Source: a virus. From it: a stretch of 64,000 bases of DNA. Below, piece by piece: positions 54,302-62,873 of the stretch. The number at the start of each line of letters is the position of its first letter. Position 1 is the first letter of the stretch. Location of the stretch: positions 19,257 through 83,256 of IMG/VR virus record IMGVR_UViG_3300045988_133829; one strand, 5' to 3'. The notes below the pieces were generated by a model. The model was not told where the DNA came from and made no database searches. It worked only from the letters and a program-made list of their open reading frames with translations. Position numbers and translations under genes: made by a program.

Positions 54302-54357
54302 TCCGCTAATAAATTAGCAATTTCTTCTTGTCAGTTGTGGTTGACGCTGCAAATATA

Positions 54358-54708
54358 CTATAAATTTTCTCTATTCCAAAATTTGTCTAAGTCTTTTGGT
54401 AGAATTGGTTCTATTTTTTTGAGCAAATCATCATAGATAGTATTATATATTTTGTGGAATTTCAAACCATTTTTTATTTTAGCACACAACTTCTTTATTC
54501 CTCTAGGTTGTCGAGGATATATTTTACTGATTGTTAGTGGAGACATTTCCAACTTATAATGTAATATATAAAAAAGGAAAGCTCTAGCCGATACGACATT
54601 TTCCATCCTTTCTTTATTTACAAGTTCTTGTTCTGTCACTCCAAAATGAGTGCAGACTATTTTCTCAATCTCATCTATTTTCTTTGCTACATCAAGTTCT
54701 AAAGTCAT
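54358..54708 (-). CDS. small HTH protein resembling the DnaA C-terminal DNA-binding domain
   Basis: VVSARAFLFYILHYKLEMSPLTISKIY...GIKKLCAKIKNGL resembles Bac_DnaA_C, judged by eye only. Confidence 0.4.
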   Translation of the reverse strand: MTLELDVAKKIDEIEKIVCTHFGVTEQELVNKERMENVVSARAFLFYILHYKLEMSPLTISKIYPRQPRGIKKLCAKIKNGLKFHKIYNTIYDDLLKKIEPILPKDLDKFWNRENL

Positions 54709-54749
54709 AGTGTACTATTATGGACACAAATGTACTAATTAGTACACTA
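54708..54749. promoter_or_regulatory. three copies of the TTAGTACAC half-site in a divergent intergenic region
   Basis: GTGTACTAt (54710), aTGTACTAA (54730) and TTAGTACAC (54739); gtactaattagtac (54732-54745) is a perfect 14-bp palindrome. Confidence 0.55.
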
Positions 54750-54892
54750 TTATCCAAATATATTCGGTAATATTTGATAATACGTTGATAAACAACATAA
54801 TACAAGCACTAAAATACTACGTAGTATTTCTTGATAAGTTTTGCCTTATTTATTCCATAGTTCAATGTCGGACTATATTAAATGTATTTTTT

Positions 54893-55804
54893 ATGGAATC
54901 AAAAACAGTAGTTTATACACCCGAAGCTGGGTGTGGATGCGGAAGTGGCATGATGGGTATGCTTGCACCACTTTTGCAACAGAAGGGCATTGACCCTAAT
55001 TTATTGATGGCTCTTAACGGCAAAAACAATGGCTTTGGCGGAGATGGGTCGTGGTTTATGTGGATTATCTTCTTGTTCTTCCTGTTCCCATTGATGGGTC
55101 GTGGAGGCTGGGGCAATGGCTTCGGTGGAAATGACGGTGGTGTTCCGGCTAATGCAGGACTTGCTGGATTGATTAACAACGATACTGGTCGTGAGCTTTT
55201 GATGCAAGCAATCAATGGAAACGGACAAGCAATTAACAACTTGGCTACTAACTTGAATTGTTCTGTAGGTCAAATCCAACAGGCAATTAATGGAGTTAGC
55301 TCTAAGGTTTCCGAAGTTGGTTGTCAGGTAGGTATGTCATCTCAACAGATTATCAATGCTATTCAAGCAGGAAATTGCCAGATTGCAGGTCAACTTTCTA
55401 GCTGCTGCTGCGATATTAAAACCGCAATCCAACAGCAGGGATTTGAAAACCGTATTGCAACAATCAATCAGACAGATGATTTGAAGTCTAATGCTAATAC
55501 GCAGTTTAACATCATATCTTCTAAGATTGATGCTCAAACTCAAATCATTAATGATAAGTTCTGTCAGCTTGAAATGCGTGAAATGCAGCGTGAAATCCAA
55601 CAGTTACGTGATGAACGCAACGGTTATCAGATGTCCGCATTAACGCAACAGCAGACACAGAATCTTGTTAATACATTGCGTCCGTGCCCAATTCCGGCTT
55701 ACATTACCTGCAACCCGTTCGGTTGTCAAGGAGGCTTGAATGACGGTTATCCTTATGGATATGGCAATGGAAACTGTGGTTGCAATAATGGTTGTGGTTG
55801 CTAA
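54893..55804 (+). CDS. Cys/Gly-rich membrane protein with Q/N-rich coiled-coil region (303 aa)
   Basis: ORF 54785..55804 trimmed to the ATG at 54893. CGCGSG near the N-terminus, TM WFMWIIFLFFLFPLM flanked by Gly-rich tracts, C-terminus NGNCGCNNGCGC. Confidence 0.55.
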   Translation: MESKTVVYTPEAGCGCGSGMMGMLAPLLQQKGIDPNLLMALNGKNNGFGGDGSWFMWIIFLFFLFPLMGRGGWGNGFGGNDGGVPANAGLAGLINNDTGRELLMQAINGNGQAINNLATNLNCSVGQIQQAINGVSSKVSEVGCQVGMSSQQIINAIQAGNCQIAGQLSSCCCDIKTAIQQQGFENRIATINQTDDLKSNANTQFNIISSKIDAQTQIINDKFCQLEMREMQREIQQLRDERNGYQMSALTQQQTQNLVNTLRPCPIPAYITCNPFGCQGGLNDGYPYGYGNGNCGCNNGCGC

Positions 55805-55815
55805 ATAACGTTATA

Positions 55816-55840
55816 GGGATAACAGGCATATTGTTATCCC
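55816..55840 (+). terminator. 9-bp hairpin after the Cys/Gly-rich gene
   Basis: gggataaca / tgttatccc; weak T tract. Confidence 0.45.
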
Positions 55841-55872
55841 ATAACTATTAATAACAAATTAAATTTACAATT

Positions 55873-56337
55873 ATGTTTAATCCTTATTTTTTACCTTATA
55901 CGCAATGGAGCAATCAAATGCTTTCTCGTAGATTTCCAATTCGTAGATTAAATGGGTCAGGAATACCTGAATTGCGTACTATTGCGGTAACGACTACTGG
56001 TAATGTGGTTACATATTCACTTTGCCCGTGGCGATTTAAACAGTTATGCAACGAAGGTTTAATGTTGCTCCGTATCTCACAAATACCATCAGCTGGTGCT
56101 GGTTCATCCGCATTTACGGTGTCTTTACAAACATCTTCAAATCCGCCTGCGGGTTCTACTGGAACACCTCTTGTAAATGGTGTTGGTGCTCCGATGACTT
56201 CTAATGAAGTTGTAAATGGCAATTACTTGCTGATATATTTCAATAAATGTGATGGAATATTCCAAGTTGTCAACCATATACCTGCGGCAGCACCAGCAGC
56301 AGAGGCAGCATCAGAGACTTTGAAAGCAAGTAAATAA
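55873..56337 (+). CDS. hypothetical protein (154 aa)
   Basis: ORF track. Confidence 0.55.
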   Translation: MFNPYFLPYTQWSNQMLSRRFPIRRLNGSGIPELRTIAVTTTGNVVTYSLCPWRFKQLCNEGLMLLRISQIPSAGAGSSAFTVSLQTSSNPPAGSTGTPLVNGVGAPMTSNEVVNGNYLLIYFNKCDGIFQVVNHIPAAAPAAEAASETLKASK

Positions 56338-56353
56338 TTAAAAAAGTATTGTT

Positions 56354-56887
56354 ATGTTTAGTAACGTAAGACAAGGGAATCTATTTTATATCCTTTCAAA
56401 AGGTGAAACGCCTACAGTGAAGATTGGTCAGGTTGAATCTGTCAGCAACCCTACTCCTAAATATCCTTCATACACACCCGGTCAACCATTTGGGCAACAG
56501 CCGGAAATGCTTGTGGATATAAAGATTAAATGTGGTGAAGAGCTATTAGACTTTCAAAAACTTCCTGCAAACGGAGAAGTGTTTTCTTATCCGAATGCGA
56601 TAGTATCTGACAAGAAAGAAGCTATCATATCGGAAGTGGAAGCTATGCTCCAAAATAGTAGGCAGATTGTGAGTAGTGTAGATTATCATGAATCAGTGAT
56701 AAACAGCTGTGATGAAATTCTAAAACAGCTTAATCCCCAATTTGCAAAAGAAAAGCAACAAGAGGAAAAAATAGGCTCTTTGGAATCGGAAGTTAAATCT
56801 TTGAAAGGAGATTTACATGATATAAAGGATTTGCTGTTGAAGCTAAACAATAGCAATAGTAGTAATAAATCAACTAATAGTAAATAA
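56354..56887 (+). CDS. hypothetical protein (177 aa), C-terminal coiled coil
   Basis: ORF track. Confidence 0.55.
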   Translation: MFSNVRQGNLFYILSKGETPTVKIGQVESVSNPTPKYPSYTPGQPFGQQPEMLVDIKIKCGEELLDFQKLPANGEVFSYPNAIVSDKKEAIISEVEAMLQNSRQIVSSVDYHESVINSCDEILKQLNPQFAKEKQQEEKIGSLESEVKSLKGDLHDIKDLLLKLNNSNSSNKSTNSK

Positions 56888-56889
56888 TT

Positions 56890-57141
56890 ATGGGAATGAT
56901 AGAAATAGCTGAAAAGCATAGAGGTGGCGGTTTCGGAAGAGCAATCAAGGATTTCAAAGAAAGTCTTGAATGTTTAAAAGAGGATTTTGAAACTCTTTGG
57001 GATGAAATCGAAGAAATGGGCGAACGTGATGACCGTGAGTACGACAGAATGTACAATAAAGAGCGTGAGCGTGACGACCGTTATTGGGACGAAAATGAAC
57101 GTATGGGCGAACGTAGAGGTCGTCGCAGACGTTATCGCTAA
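56890..57141 (+). CDS. highly charged Arg/Asp/Glu-rich small protein (83 aa)
   Basis: ERDDREYDRMYNKERERDDRYWDENERMGERRGRRRRYR. Confidence 0.5.
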   Translation: MGMIEIAEKHRGGGFGRAIKDFKESLECLKEDFETLWDEIEEMGERDDREYDRMYNKERERDDRYWDENERMGERRGRRRRYR

Positions 57142-57151
57142 TTGACTTTTC

Positions 57152-57176
57152 AAGGGGAGAATCATCTCCCCTTTTG
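57152..57176 (+). terminator. intrinsic terminator
   Basis: aaggggaga / tctcccctt 9-bp stem, 4-nt loop, followed by ttttg. Confidence 0.7.
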
Positions 57177-57200
57177 TCTAACAATTAATAATAAATTATT

Positions 57201-57608
57201 ATGGATAAAGGTATTAGCTTCGATGTATGGGATAATGTTCCTCGTGATATGAGAGCTTATCTTCAAAACTATGGTATGAATTTCAATAAAAAGGCTTGTG
57301 ATTTTGCTGTTTCTTTAATGAAAGACAAGAATGGAAAAGTCACTCCTATACCTAAAGAAAAGTTTGAAGAATTGATGAACAAATATAATATCAAATTGGA
57401 GAACGATAATGGATATAATGGAGTTTATACTTTAAATATGGCTAAGGCTGATTACTATGGAAGTTCAATTCAAAATGAGCAACAGCTTGCACAATTTGTA
57501 AAAGATTTTCTCGACGATGTAGACGGGAGTCCAGAAAAGCCATTTAGATATTTCTACTCTATGTGTATGGCAAATGGTGTCGTTATAGAGTGGAGTGATA
57601 TTTTGTAA
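57201..57608 (+). CDS. hypothetical protein (135 aa)
   Basis: ORF track. Confidence 0.55.
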   Translation: MDKGISFDVWDNVPRDMRAYLQNYGMNFNKKACDFAVSLMKDKNGKVTPIPKEKFEELMNKYNIKLENDNGYNGVYTLNMAKADYYGSSIQNEQQLAQFVKDFLDDVDGSPEKPFRYFYSMCMANGVVIEWSDIL

Positions 57609-57613
57609 AACAT

Positions 57614-57648
57614 AGGGTATCGGCAGCTACGATACCCTTATTTGTTTT
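57614..57648 (+). terminator. intrinsic terminator
   Basis: agggtatcg / cgataccct 9-bp stem followed by tatttgtttt. Confidence 0.7.
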
Positions 57649-57665
57649 AACTTAACAAATTTACT

Positions 57666-58079
57666 ATGATAAGGAGAACTATTTACTTAGATAAATATGA
57701 TTGGTTGGCAGATATTTATTTTGATTATAAATGCAAATATTCTGATGACCTTATAGATAAATTGGAGAGTATGGGTATAAGTGAGGAAAGGTTAGATATT
57801 GCTTATGCTGACCTAAATTCTTGTAAAGACAATATAGGCTTAACATATTCTTCGTTTATTGAAAAGAAAACGATTATTGTGATAGGTGAAGCTACAAGTG
57901 CAAAAGAATTTATGAAAACATTCACGCATGAAATAGGGCATCTTTCAACACATATTTGTCAATATTATTATATTGATGTATATGGGGAGGAAATACACTA
58001 TATAGACCAAGATATAATCGAAGAAACGTGGGATATAATAAGAGAATATTTGTGTGATTTTTGTAATGATAAAAAATAG
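57666..58079 (+). CDS. hypothetical protein with HExxH motif (HEIGH)
   Basis: KTFTHEIGHLSTHI. Confidence 0.55.
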   Translation: MIRRTIYLDKYDWLADIYFDYKCKYSDDLIDKLESMGISEERLDIAYADLNSCKDNIGLTYSSFIEKKTIIVIGEATSAKEFMKTFTHEIGHLSTHICQYYYIDVYGEEIHYIDQDIIEETWDIIREYLCDFCNDKK

Positions 58080-58084
58080 TAAAA

Positions 58085-58246
58085 ATGAGAAACAAAGATT
58101 TTAAGAAAGCATTAGAAAGCGACAGACCTATCAATTCAATGTTTGCGCTCATTCCTGAAAAACAAAAGAAAGCTTTTATGAAGTTTGCAAAGAAATTTGG
58201 TTTTACGGAAGAGAAGATAAATAGTATTCTCCAAAGCGAAAAATAA
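58085..58246 (+). CDS. hypothetical small protein (53 aa, below cutoff)
   Basis: Hand translation MRNKDFKKALESDRPINSMFALIPEKQKKAFMKFAKKFGFTEEKINSILQSEK. Confidence 0.4.
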   Translation: MRNKDFKKALESDRPINSMFALIPEKQKKAFMKFAKKFGFTEEKINSILQSEK

Positions 58247-58254
58247 TACAGCCT

Positions 58255-58440
58255 ATGAAAGTCAAGAAAGTGAAATATGATGCTGTCAAATTGGCAATCA
58301 TACGTAAGAATTACATGATTAATGAGGCAATCAATGATTTAGTGAGAGATTTACCTCATTGTGATTTTGAGAAATTAAGATTTCAACTTACAAATGAAAT
58401 TATGGAGTTGCAATCACTAAAAAGCGAAGGGGCTAAATAG
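58255..58440 (+). CDS. hypothetical protein (61 aa)
   Basis: ORF track. Confidence 0.5.
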   Translation: MKVKKVKYDAVKLAIIRKNYMINEAINDLVRDLPHCDFEKLRFQLTNEIMELQSLKSEGAK

Positions 58441-58450
58441 CCCCTCTTCT

Positions 58451-58864
58451 CTAAAGTTTCAATACTTGCCGCTTTATATCATTTTTATTATAAGAAATAT
58501 GCACCCAACTAAAATCCTTTTCGTCTATTAGTTGTCGGAATGGAAGTTTTAATTGTTGCGCTAATTCAAATAGTTTTTTATTTTCTTCTTTACTTCCACC
58601 TGTAATGTCAGCAGCAGCACTTCTTGTACAGAGATGTTCACTTGATAAAGCTCCCCTTACAGCTTTATTTAGTTCTTGACAGCGAAAACCACTATTAACC
58701 ATAATAGCTTTCCCGTATGCTTCTCTTAGAGGGTCTAATACATTTTCTATTAAATCTTTTAATCTCTCTTTTTGAGCGTTATTAGGAGTATTGTCTATTC
58801 CTTTTGCATCAGCTGTATTTGACCGACATAATTCTTCAATTGTAAAATACTTTCCCATGTTCAA
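58451..58864 (-). CDS. peptidase M15-family cell-wall hydrolase (endolysin candidate)
   Basis: SGFRCQELNKAVRGALSSEHLCTRSAAADI ... WVHISY fits the M15 (VanY/L-Ala-D-Glu peptidase-like) H..D..H arrangement. Confidence 0.8.
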   Translation of the reverse strand: MNMGKYFTIEELCRSNTADAKGIDNTPNNAQKERLKDLIENVLDPLREAYGKAIMVNSGFRCQELNKAVRGALSSEHLCTRSAAADITGGSKEENKKLFELAQQLKLPFRQLIDEKDFSWVHISYNKNDIKRQVLKL

Positions 58865-59085
58865 TCTTTATTTTCATTACGTCTATTATATTTCTTCAAT
58901 GCAAGTTCGCTTATATTATTATCTTTGATATATTGATTACGTCTTTTCAGAGCATCTTCTAATGTCCTAAACATGCCGACATCAATACTTTTAGCACTGT
59001 AATATACACGAACCTTATACCTTATTGGGTTTTTAAGACGAGGTATTATTCTGCGGTAGATCCATTTATGTCCTGTATTACTCAT
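58861..59085 (-). CDS. small protein with AP2-like DNA-binding pattern (74 aa)
   Basis: IRYKVRVYYSAKSIDVGMFRTLEDALKRRNQY resembles an AP2 beta-sheet plus helix; weak. Confidence 0.4.
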   Translation of the reverse strand: MSNTGHKWIYRRIIPRLKNPIRYKVRVYYSAKSIDVGMFRTLEDALKRRNQYIKDNNISELALKKYNRRNENKD

Positions 59086-59543
59086 TTCTTAAACAACAAT
59101 TTTAATTCTTCAACACTAGCCTTATGATAATTATCTGTATCATTATCTTTGGGTAGATACATAAATTCGATTCCTGATAATCCTCCTTCTAATTCGTTAT
59201 CATGATATATACCCCAATCTCCTTTATTGTTAGTAAAAACTTGTCTGTCATCGGTATCATCTCGGAGTGCAGCAATAAAATAGAATAATTTTTCATTTTC
59301 ACCGCAATCAATATCGTTTTCTTCTTTTTCAGATAAAAAACGCTTTAATTCCTGCTCCAAAGGAAGATTGTAACACTCATCAGGATAACCAACGCCATGA
59401 ATAGATTGGGTAGGAATACATATATGAATCCATACAGCTCTATCAAAATAACAGCAAGGACAAATATGATAACCAAGTTCCTTTAGTTTATCTAATATTT
59501 TCTTGTTGTTTGCTCTTAAAAAAGCTTTTTGAATAAATCCCAT
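59082..59543 (-). CDS. hypothetical protein (153 aa)
   Basis: ORF track. Confidence 0.55.
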   Translation of the reverse strand: MGFIQKAFLRANNKKILDKLKELGYHICPCCYFDRAVWIHICIPTQSIHGVGYPDECYNLPLEQELKRFLSEKEENDIDCGENEKLFYFIAALRDDTDDRQVFTNNKGDWGIYHDNELEGGLSGIEFMYLPKDNDTDNYHKASVEELKLLFKK

Positions 59544-59545
59544 AT

Positions 59546-60004
59546 CTATTTCCTCCCTGTACTACCTATTCCGTTTAAACCTCTTTCTTTTTCATTTAGC
59601 TTTTCAACTTCTACAAAGTCTATTTTAGGAGTTAACCCAATCTTCAACTGGGCTACTCTATCTCCTACTGAATATCGTTGTAAATTTGTTAATACGTGAT
59701 AGAAGATAGCGCATATCTCATTAGTGTAGCCTTCATCCACTGTACCGACAGAGTTAGTCATAATCATCCCTGTCTTCCAAATACTGCTTCTTGGTCTTAT
59801 ATCAATGGATAATACATATCCGCCTTTCCGCATAGTCTTAATATAGTCTTCATCTATTTGGAAAGCTAATCCCAGTCCGTACTTATACACATTTGGTGCT
59901 ATCTCTTCGCATGAAGTAGCATATAGGTCATAACAAAAATCGTCATCGTAATGTTTAACTGGAATCTTTGCATCGGGATGCGTTTTCTTAAATTTTACTT
60001 TCAT
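59546..60004 (-). CDS. dut: dUTP diphosphatase
   Basis: dUTPase motifs CYDLYA, IRPRSSI, GTVDEGYTNEI, and C-terminal RGLNGIGSTG. Confidence 0.9.
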   Translation of the reverse strand: MKVKFKKTHPDAKIPVKHYDDDFCYDLYATSCEEIAPNVYKYGLGLAFQIDEDYIKTMRKGGYVLSIDIRPRSSIWKTGMIMTNSVGTVDEGYTNEICAIFYHVLTNLQRYSVGDRVAQLKIGLTPKIDFVEVEKLNEKERGLNGIGSTGRK

Positions 60005-60008
60005 AATC

Positions 60009-60938
60009 TTAATATAATTCTTTAAAATATTCGTTACACTTGAAAAATTTTCTTGGAGTATAGTCTTTAAAATCCATACTTTTATATAGTTCTCTTCTGT
60101 TAGCCCATCTAGCCATATCTTTCTGCCATTGCGGTATTATTTGTTCCTTCTTATCCAAGTCTCTATAAGGTTGGCAATAAGGAATGTATCTTTTCCCTTT
60201 TTTCTTCCAATAATTGACTCGCTCAAAAGATTCTTTAAAATCATTCAACAGAATACAGTAGAAAAAGTATTCTTTTTTATACCCATACTTATCAAGTAAA
60301 GTTGCGGCACGATCACATTCTGCAATCTGTCCAGGAGTATCACAACCAAATCGAATATGTTTTAACCATTTTACTTTAGCTAGTAACTTGGCAATATCTT
60401 CTGTTACCAAGCGAGCATCTAACCCCTGATTAAAGTCAACCCGCATGCCCATGGAGATTATTTTTTCAATCTGCTGCAAACCGTAGTCAGATGCAAGTAC
60501 GTTGTTATCCATAAGGATTATGTTTTTGCGACCATTGACGGCTATCTCTTCAATATCCATGTATGGGGTAATCTTGCCTTCTTTCTTAGGTACAATACAC
60601 CACTTACATTTATTAGGGCATCCACGAGTTAAAAATCCGTATGCTGTTTTATTGTCTATTTGAGAATATAGACTATAATCAGGTATGACGTGTTCTATCT
60701 CTTTTGGAAGATTAGAATGTATGTCATATCCAGTACCGCCTTTGAATACCTCTTCTGTATTAATTAAAGGATAATAATCATCGGTAAAAGTAAAGACTTT
60801 AGCCATATACACTCTATCATATTCAAACATTGGAGATACCCATTCTACAGTATCTCCTTTATTTTTATGATATTGGCTAATCTTCATTAAAGCCAAATTA
60901 GGATAGTAACTATCAACAGCTATAAGTCCTACTTTCAT
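60009..60938 (-). CDS. radical SAM-type protein (309 aa)
   Basis: CPNKCKWC is a Cx3Cx2C cluster motif in FLTRGCPNKCKWCIVP; substrate unknown. Confidence 0.7.
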   Translation of the reverse strand: MKVGLIAVDSYYPNLALMKISQYHKNKGDTVEWVSPMFEYDRVYMAKVFTFTDDYYPLINTEEVFKGGTGYDIHSNLPKEIEHVIPDYSLYSQIDNKTAYGFLTRGCPNKCKWCIVPKKEGKITPYMDIEEIAVNGRKNIILMDNNVLASDYGLQQIEKIISMGMRVDFNQGLDARLVTEDIAKLLAKVKWLKHIRFGCDTPGQIAECDRAATLLDKYGYKKEYFFYCILLNDFKESFERVNYWKKKGKRYIPYCQPYRDLDKKEQIIPQWQKDMARWANRRELYKSMDFKDYTPRKFFKCNEYFKELY

Positions 60939-61626
60939 CTTCTTTATCGTTTAAATGTTGAGCCTTTATTATACATTCACCAATAATGTTTGGATTTTGG
61001 TATGCGTCTACAAGATTCTTATATGCTTCTACACATTCAGGGCTATCATTATAGTTTATATCTTCCGCTTTTCTAAACACCCACTTTACAAGATTGTTTA
61101 TAATGTCCAATAATTCTTTCTGCTTATAATGTCTTAGAGCAATCGAATCTTCCGCAAATTTAATACATTCTTTTATTCTATTTGATATTTCGGTGATAGA
61201 AAGTTTAGTCATTGAGCGAGCAACTTCTACCAATGATGCAAAATAGGGATTTTCGACACCCTTTTTTGTAGATAGGTAATCCTCTAAAGCTTGACGATAT
61301 TTAAGTAAAAGTGGCTGTGTGTAAAGGTCTAAACTATCGTTAAAGTCTACATAAACTGTTCCACTGGAAATAGTCAGGTTATTAACTTCCTTTTGATACC
61401 AATTTACCCTTTTCTTTGCGGCATAAAATAGTTTCTTGGTTTCTTTATCTTTATTTTTAATTGAAGGTTCAATATCCAAAACGCAACAGTTGCACATTTC
61501 ATTTAGAGCCATTACCTGATAAACACTTACCAGCAATATTTGGTTAGGCTTCATTGGTACTTCCTCCGGCTCTACTTTATTTATCAATGATTTTATTTCC
61601 ATAATGATTATTTTAGTTATAAGCAT
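60913..61626 (-). CDS. hypothetical protein (237 aa; start uncertain)
   Basis: ORF track; overlaps the radical SAM gene by 26 nt. Confidence 0.55.
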   Translation of the reverse strand: MLITKIIIMEIKSLINKVEPEEVPMKPNQILLVSVYQVMALNEMCNCCVLDIEPSIKNKDKETKKLFYAAKKRVNWYQKEVNNLTISSGTVYVDFNDSLDLYTQPLLLKYRQALEDYLSTKKGVENPYFASLVEVARSMTKLSITEISNRIKECIKFAEDSIALRHYKQKELLDIINNLVKWVFRKAEDINYNDSPECVEAYKNLVDAYQNPNIIGECIIKAQHLNDKEDESRTYSC

Positions 61627-61923
61627 AGTAAGCCTTTATTCTCTGCATCTATACAGCGAATCTTTTTGCACTGAATAAACAAAGAAGTTCAGAGCCTTCA
61701 AACTCCTACACCCAATAAACGCACTTCCGTCTCTGCTGCTCCTAACCCGTAGAAGACTTTATTTATTTCGTTCATATTGTAAACGCTGATGCAGCACCTA
61801 GTTTTGACAGGCTTGGGTCTCATAGGATTTTAAACACGCAAACAATATGTCGTTATTGAGTATATCCCATTTTCAATGTTGAAGCATCGTGTTCGAGGTG
61901 TGGAGATAAGAAACCTCTTGCCG

Positions 61924-61986
61924 TTTAGAACAATAAAGCCGTATCAAGACTCTTCTTAACACGGCTTTTAGCTTTATTGTTCTAAA
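61924..61986. other. long hairpin (16-bp outer stem)
   Basis: tttagaacaataaagc (61924-61939) pairs with gctttattgttctaaa (61971-61986); an inner agccgt/acggct pairing is also possible. Confidence 0.7.
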
Positions 61987-61992
61987 TAAACC

Positions 61993-62038
61993 GCATTGTG
62001 GGCATATTCTCTTTAGAATATGATGGATAGCACAATGC
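61993..62038. other. two-tier hairpin (8 + 8 bp)
   Basis: gcattgtg / cacaatgc outer stem and catattct / agaatatg inner stem; on the minus strand it is followed by tttattt. Confidence 0.7.
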
Positions 62039-62145
62039 AGTTTAATCTTATATATTGAATATTATAAGCAATTTATGTCTGTATTAGGCTATCCATTTCC
62101 TTGATACATCGACAAATATCCGAATAATATTTCATACTACCAAAT

Positions 62146-62424
62146 TTATTCGTCTCTTTTTTCATTTTCTTTATTTTCAAGAATAATAATATGGCTATGT
62201 CCTTTCCCTGCCGACCAGCTATCTCCTTTAATGACTGTATAATCTTTAAGAGAGTTTTCTGCGCATTTAACAAAGTCATCGACTCCATCAAAGATTAATG
62301 GTTCTTTATTCTCTAATTTTTTCTTTGGTCTATTTAAGAACTTATAAGTTTTATCTCCAAGACAAGTTAAGATACGACCGATAAACAGTCCTATAATGAA
62401 TGCCAAAAAGTTTTCTATTGTCAT
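62146..62424 (-). CDS. hypothetical membrane-anchored protein (92 aa)
   Basis: N-terminal TM FLAFIIGLFIGRILTCL; preferred over the overlapping ORF 62073..62291. Confidence 0.5.
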   Translation of the reverse strand: MTIENFLAFIIGLFIGRILTCLGDKTYKFLNRPKKKLENKEPLIFDGVDDFVKCAENSLKDYTVIKGDSWSAGKGHSHIIILENKENEKRDE

Positions 62425-62428
62425 ATTA

Positions 62429-62626
62429 CTATAATGATTTTAGAAGTTCCTCTTTTGTAGAAAACAAATGCTTTTCAGATAACCATATACTATTTTCATC
62501 AAACATATATTGGACATACTTGTGATATACGTCTATGTTTATATTTTCAACTTTCTTTAATACACAGATATTGTCATACATAAACCAAACCATATCTCCA
62601 ATATCATATTTTGTACTTATTGTCAT
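62429..62626 (-). CDS. hypothetical protein (65 aa)
   Basis: ORF track. Confidence 0.5.
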   Translation of the reverse strand: MTISTKYDIGDMVWFMYDNICVLKKVENINIDVYHKYVQYMFDENSIWLSEKHLFSTKEELLKSL

Positions 62627-62630
62627 AAAG

Positions 62631-62873
62631 CTACATTTTTAACTGATTAATAATATCTTTTATTTCTTCCGAATTGATATGACCTCTCCCTTTTGGTTGA
62701 AGGAGCATGTCTGCAAACAAGTCGGCTACAACGTTATTGATAAATTCTTGAAGTAAATGCTTGGCTAAATAATCATCATCGGTGATTTTTTCTATGTGTG
62801 AGATTATCTTAGCAAGCATTTCATTGTTTTCTTTCGTTAGCCGAAGAAGCTCTTCAATCTGTTCACTGCTCAT
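62631..62873 (-). CDS. hypothetical protein (80 aa)
   Basis: ORF track. Confidence 0.5.
   Translation of the reverse strand: MSSEQIEELLRLTKENNEMLAKIISHIEKITDDDYLAKHLLQEFINNVVADLFADMLLQPKGRGHINSEEIKDIINQLKM

Noticed and set aside
55619-55629. 11-nt match (aacggttatca) to the core of the fibre inverted repeat
   Set aside because: The match does not extend beyond 11 nt and lies inside a coding region. It is probably chance rather than a third recombination site.
61885-61905. gtgttcgaggtgtgg considered as a tRNA T-arm (possible tRNA gene or attP core)
   Set aside because: The flanks do not form acceptor, D or anticodon stems. I could not fold a cloverleaf anywhere in the window.
62073-62291. 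72-aa minus-strand ORF
   Set aside because: It overlaps 62146..62424 out of frame. The latter has a plausible TM start and fits the gene spacing.
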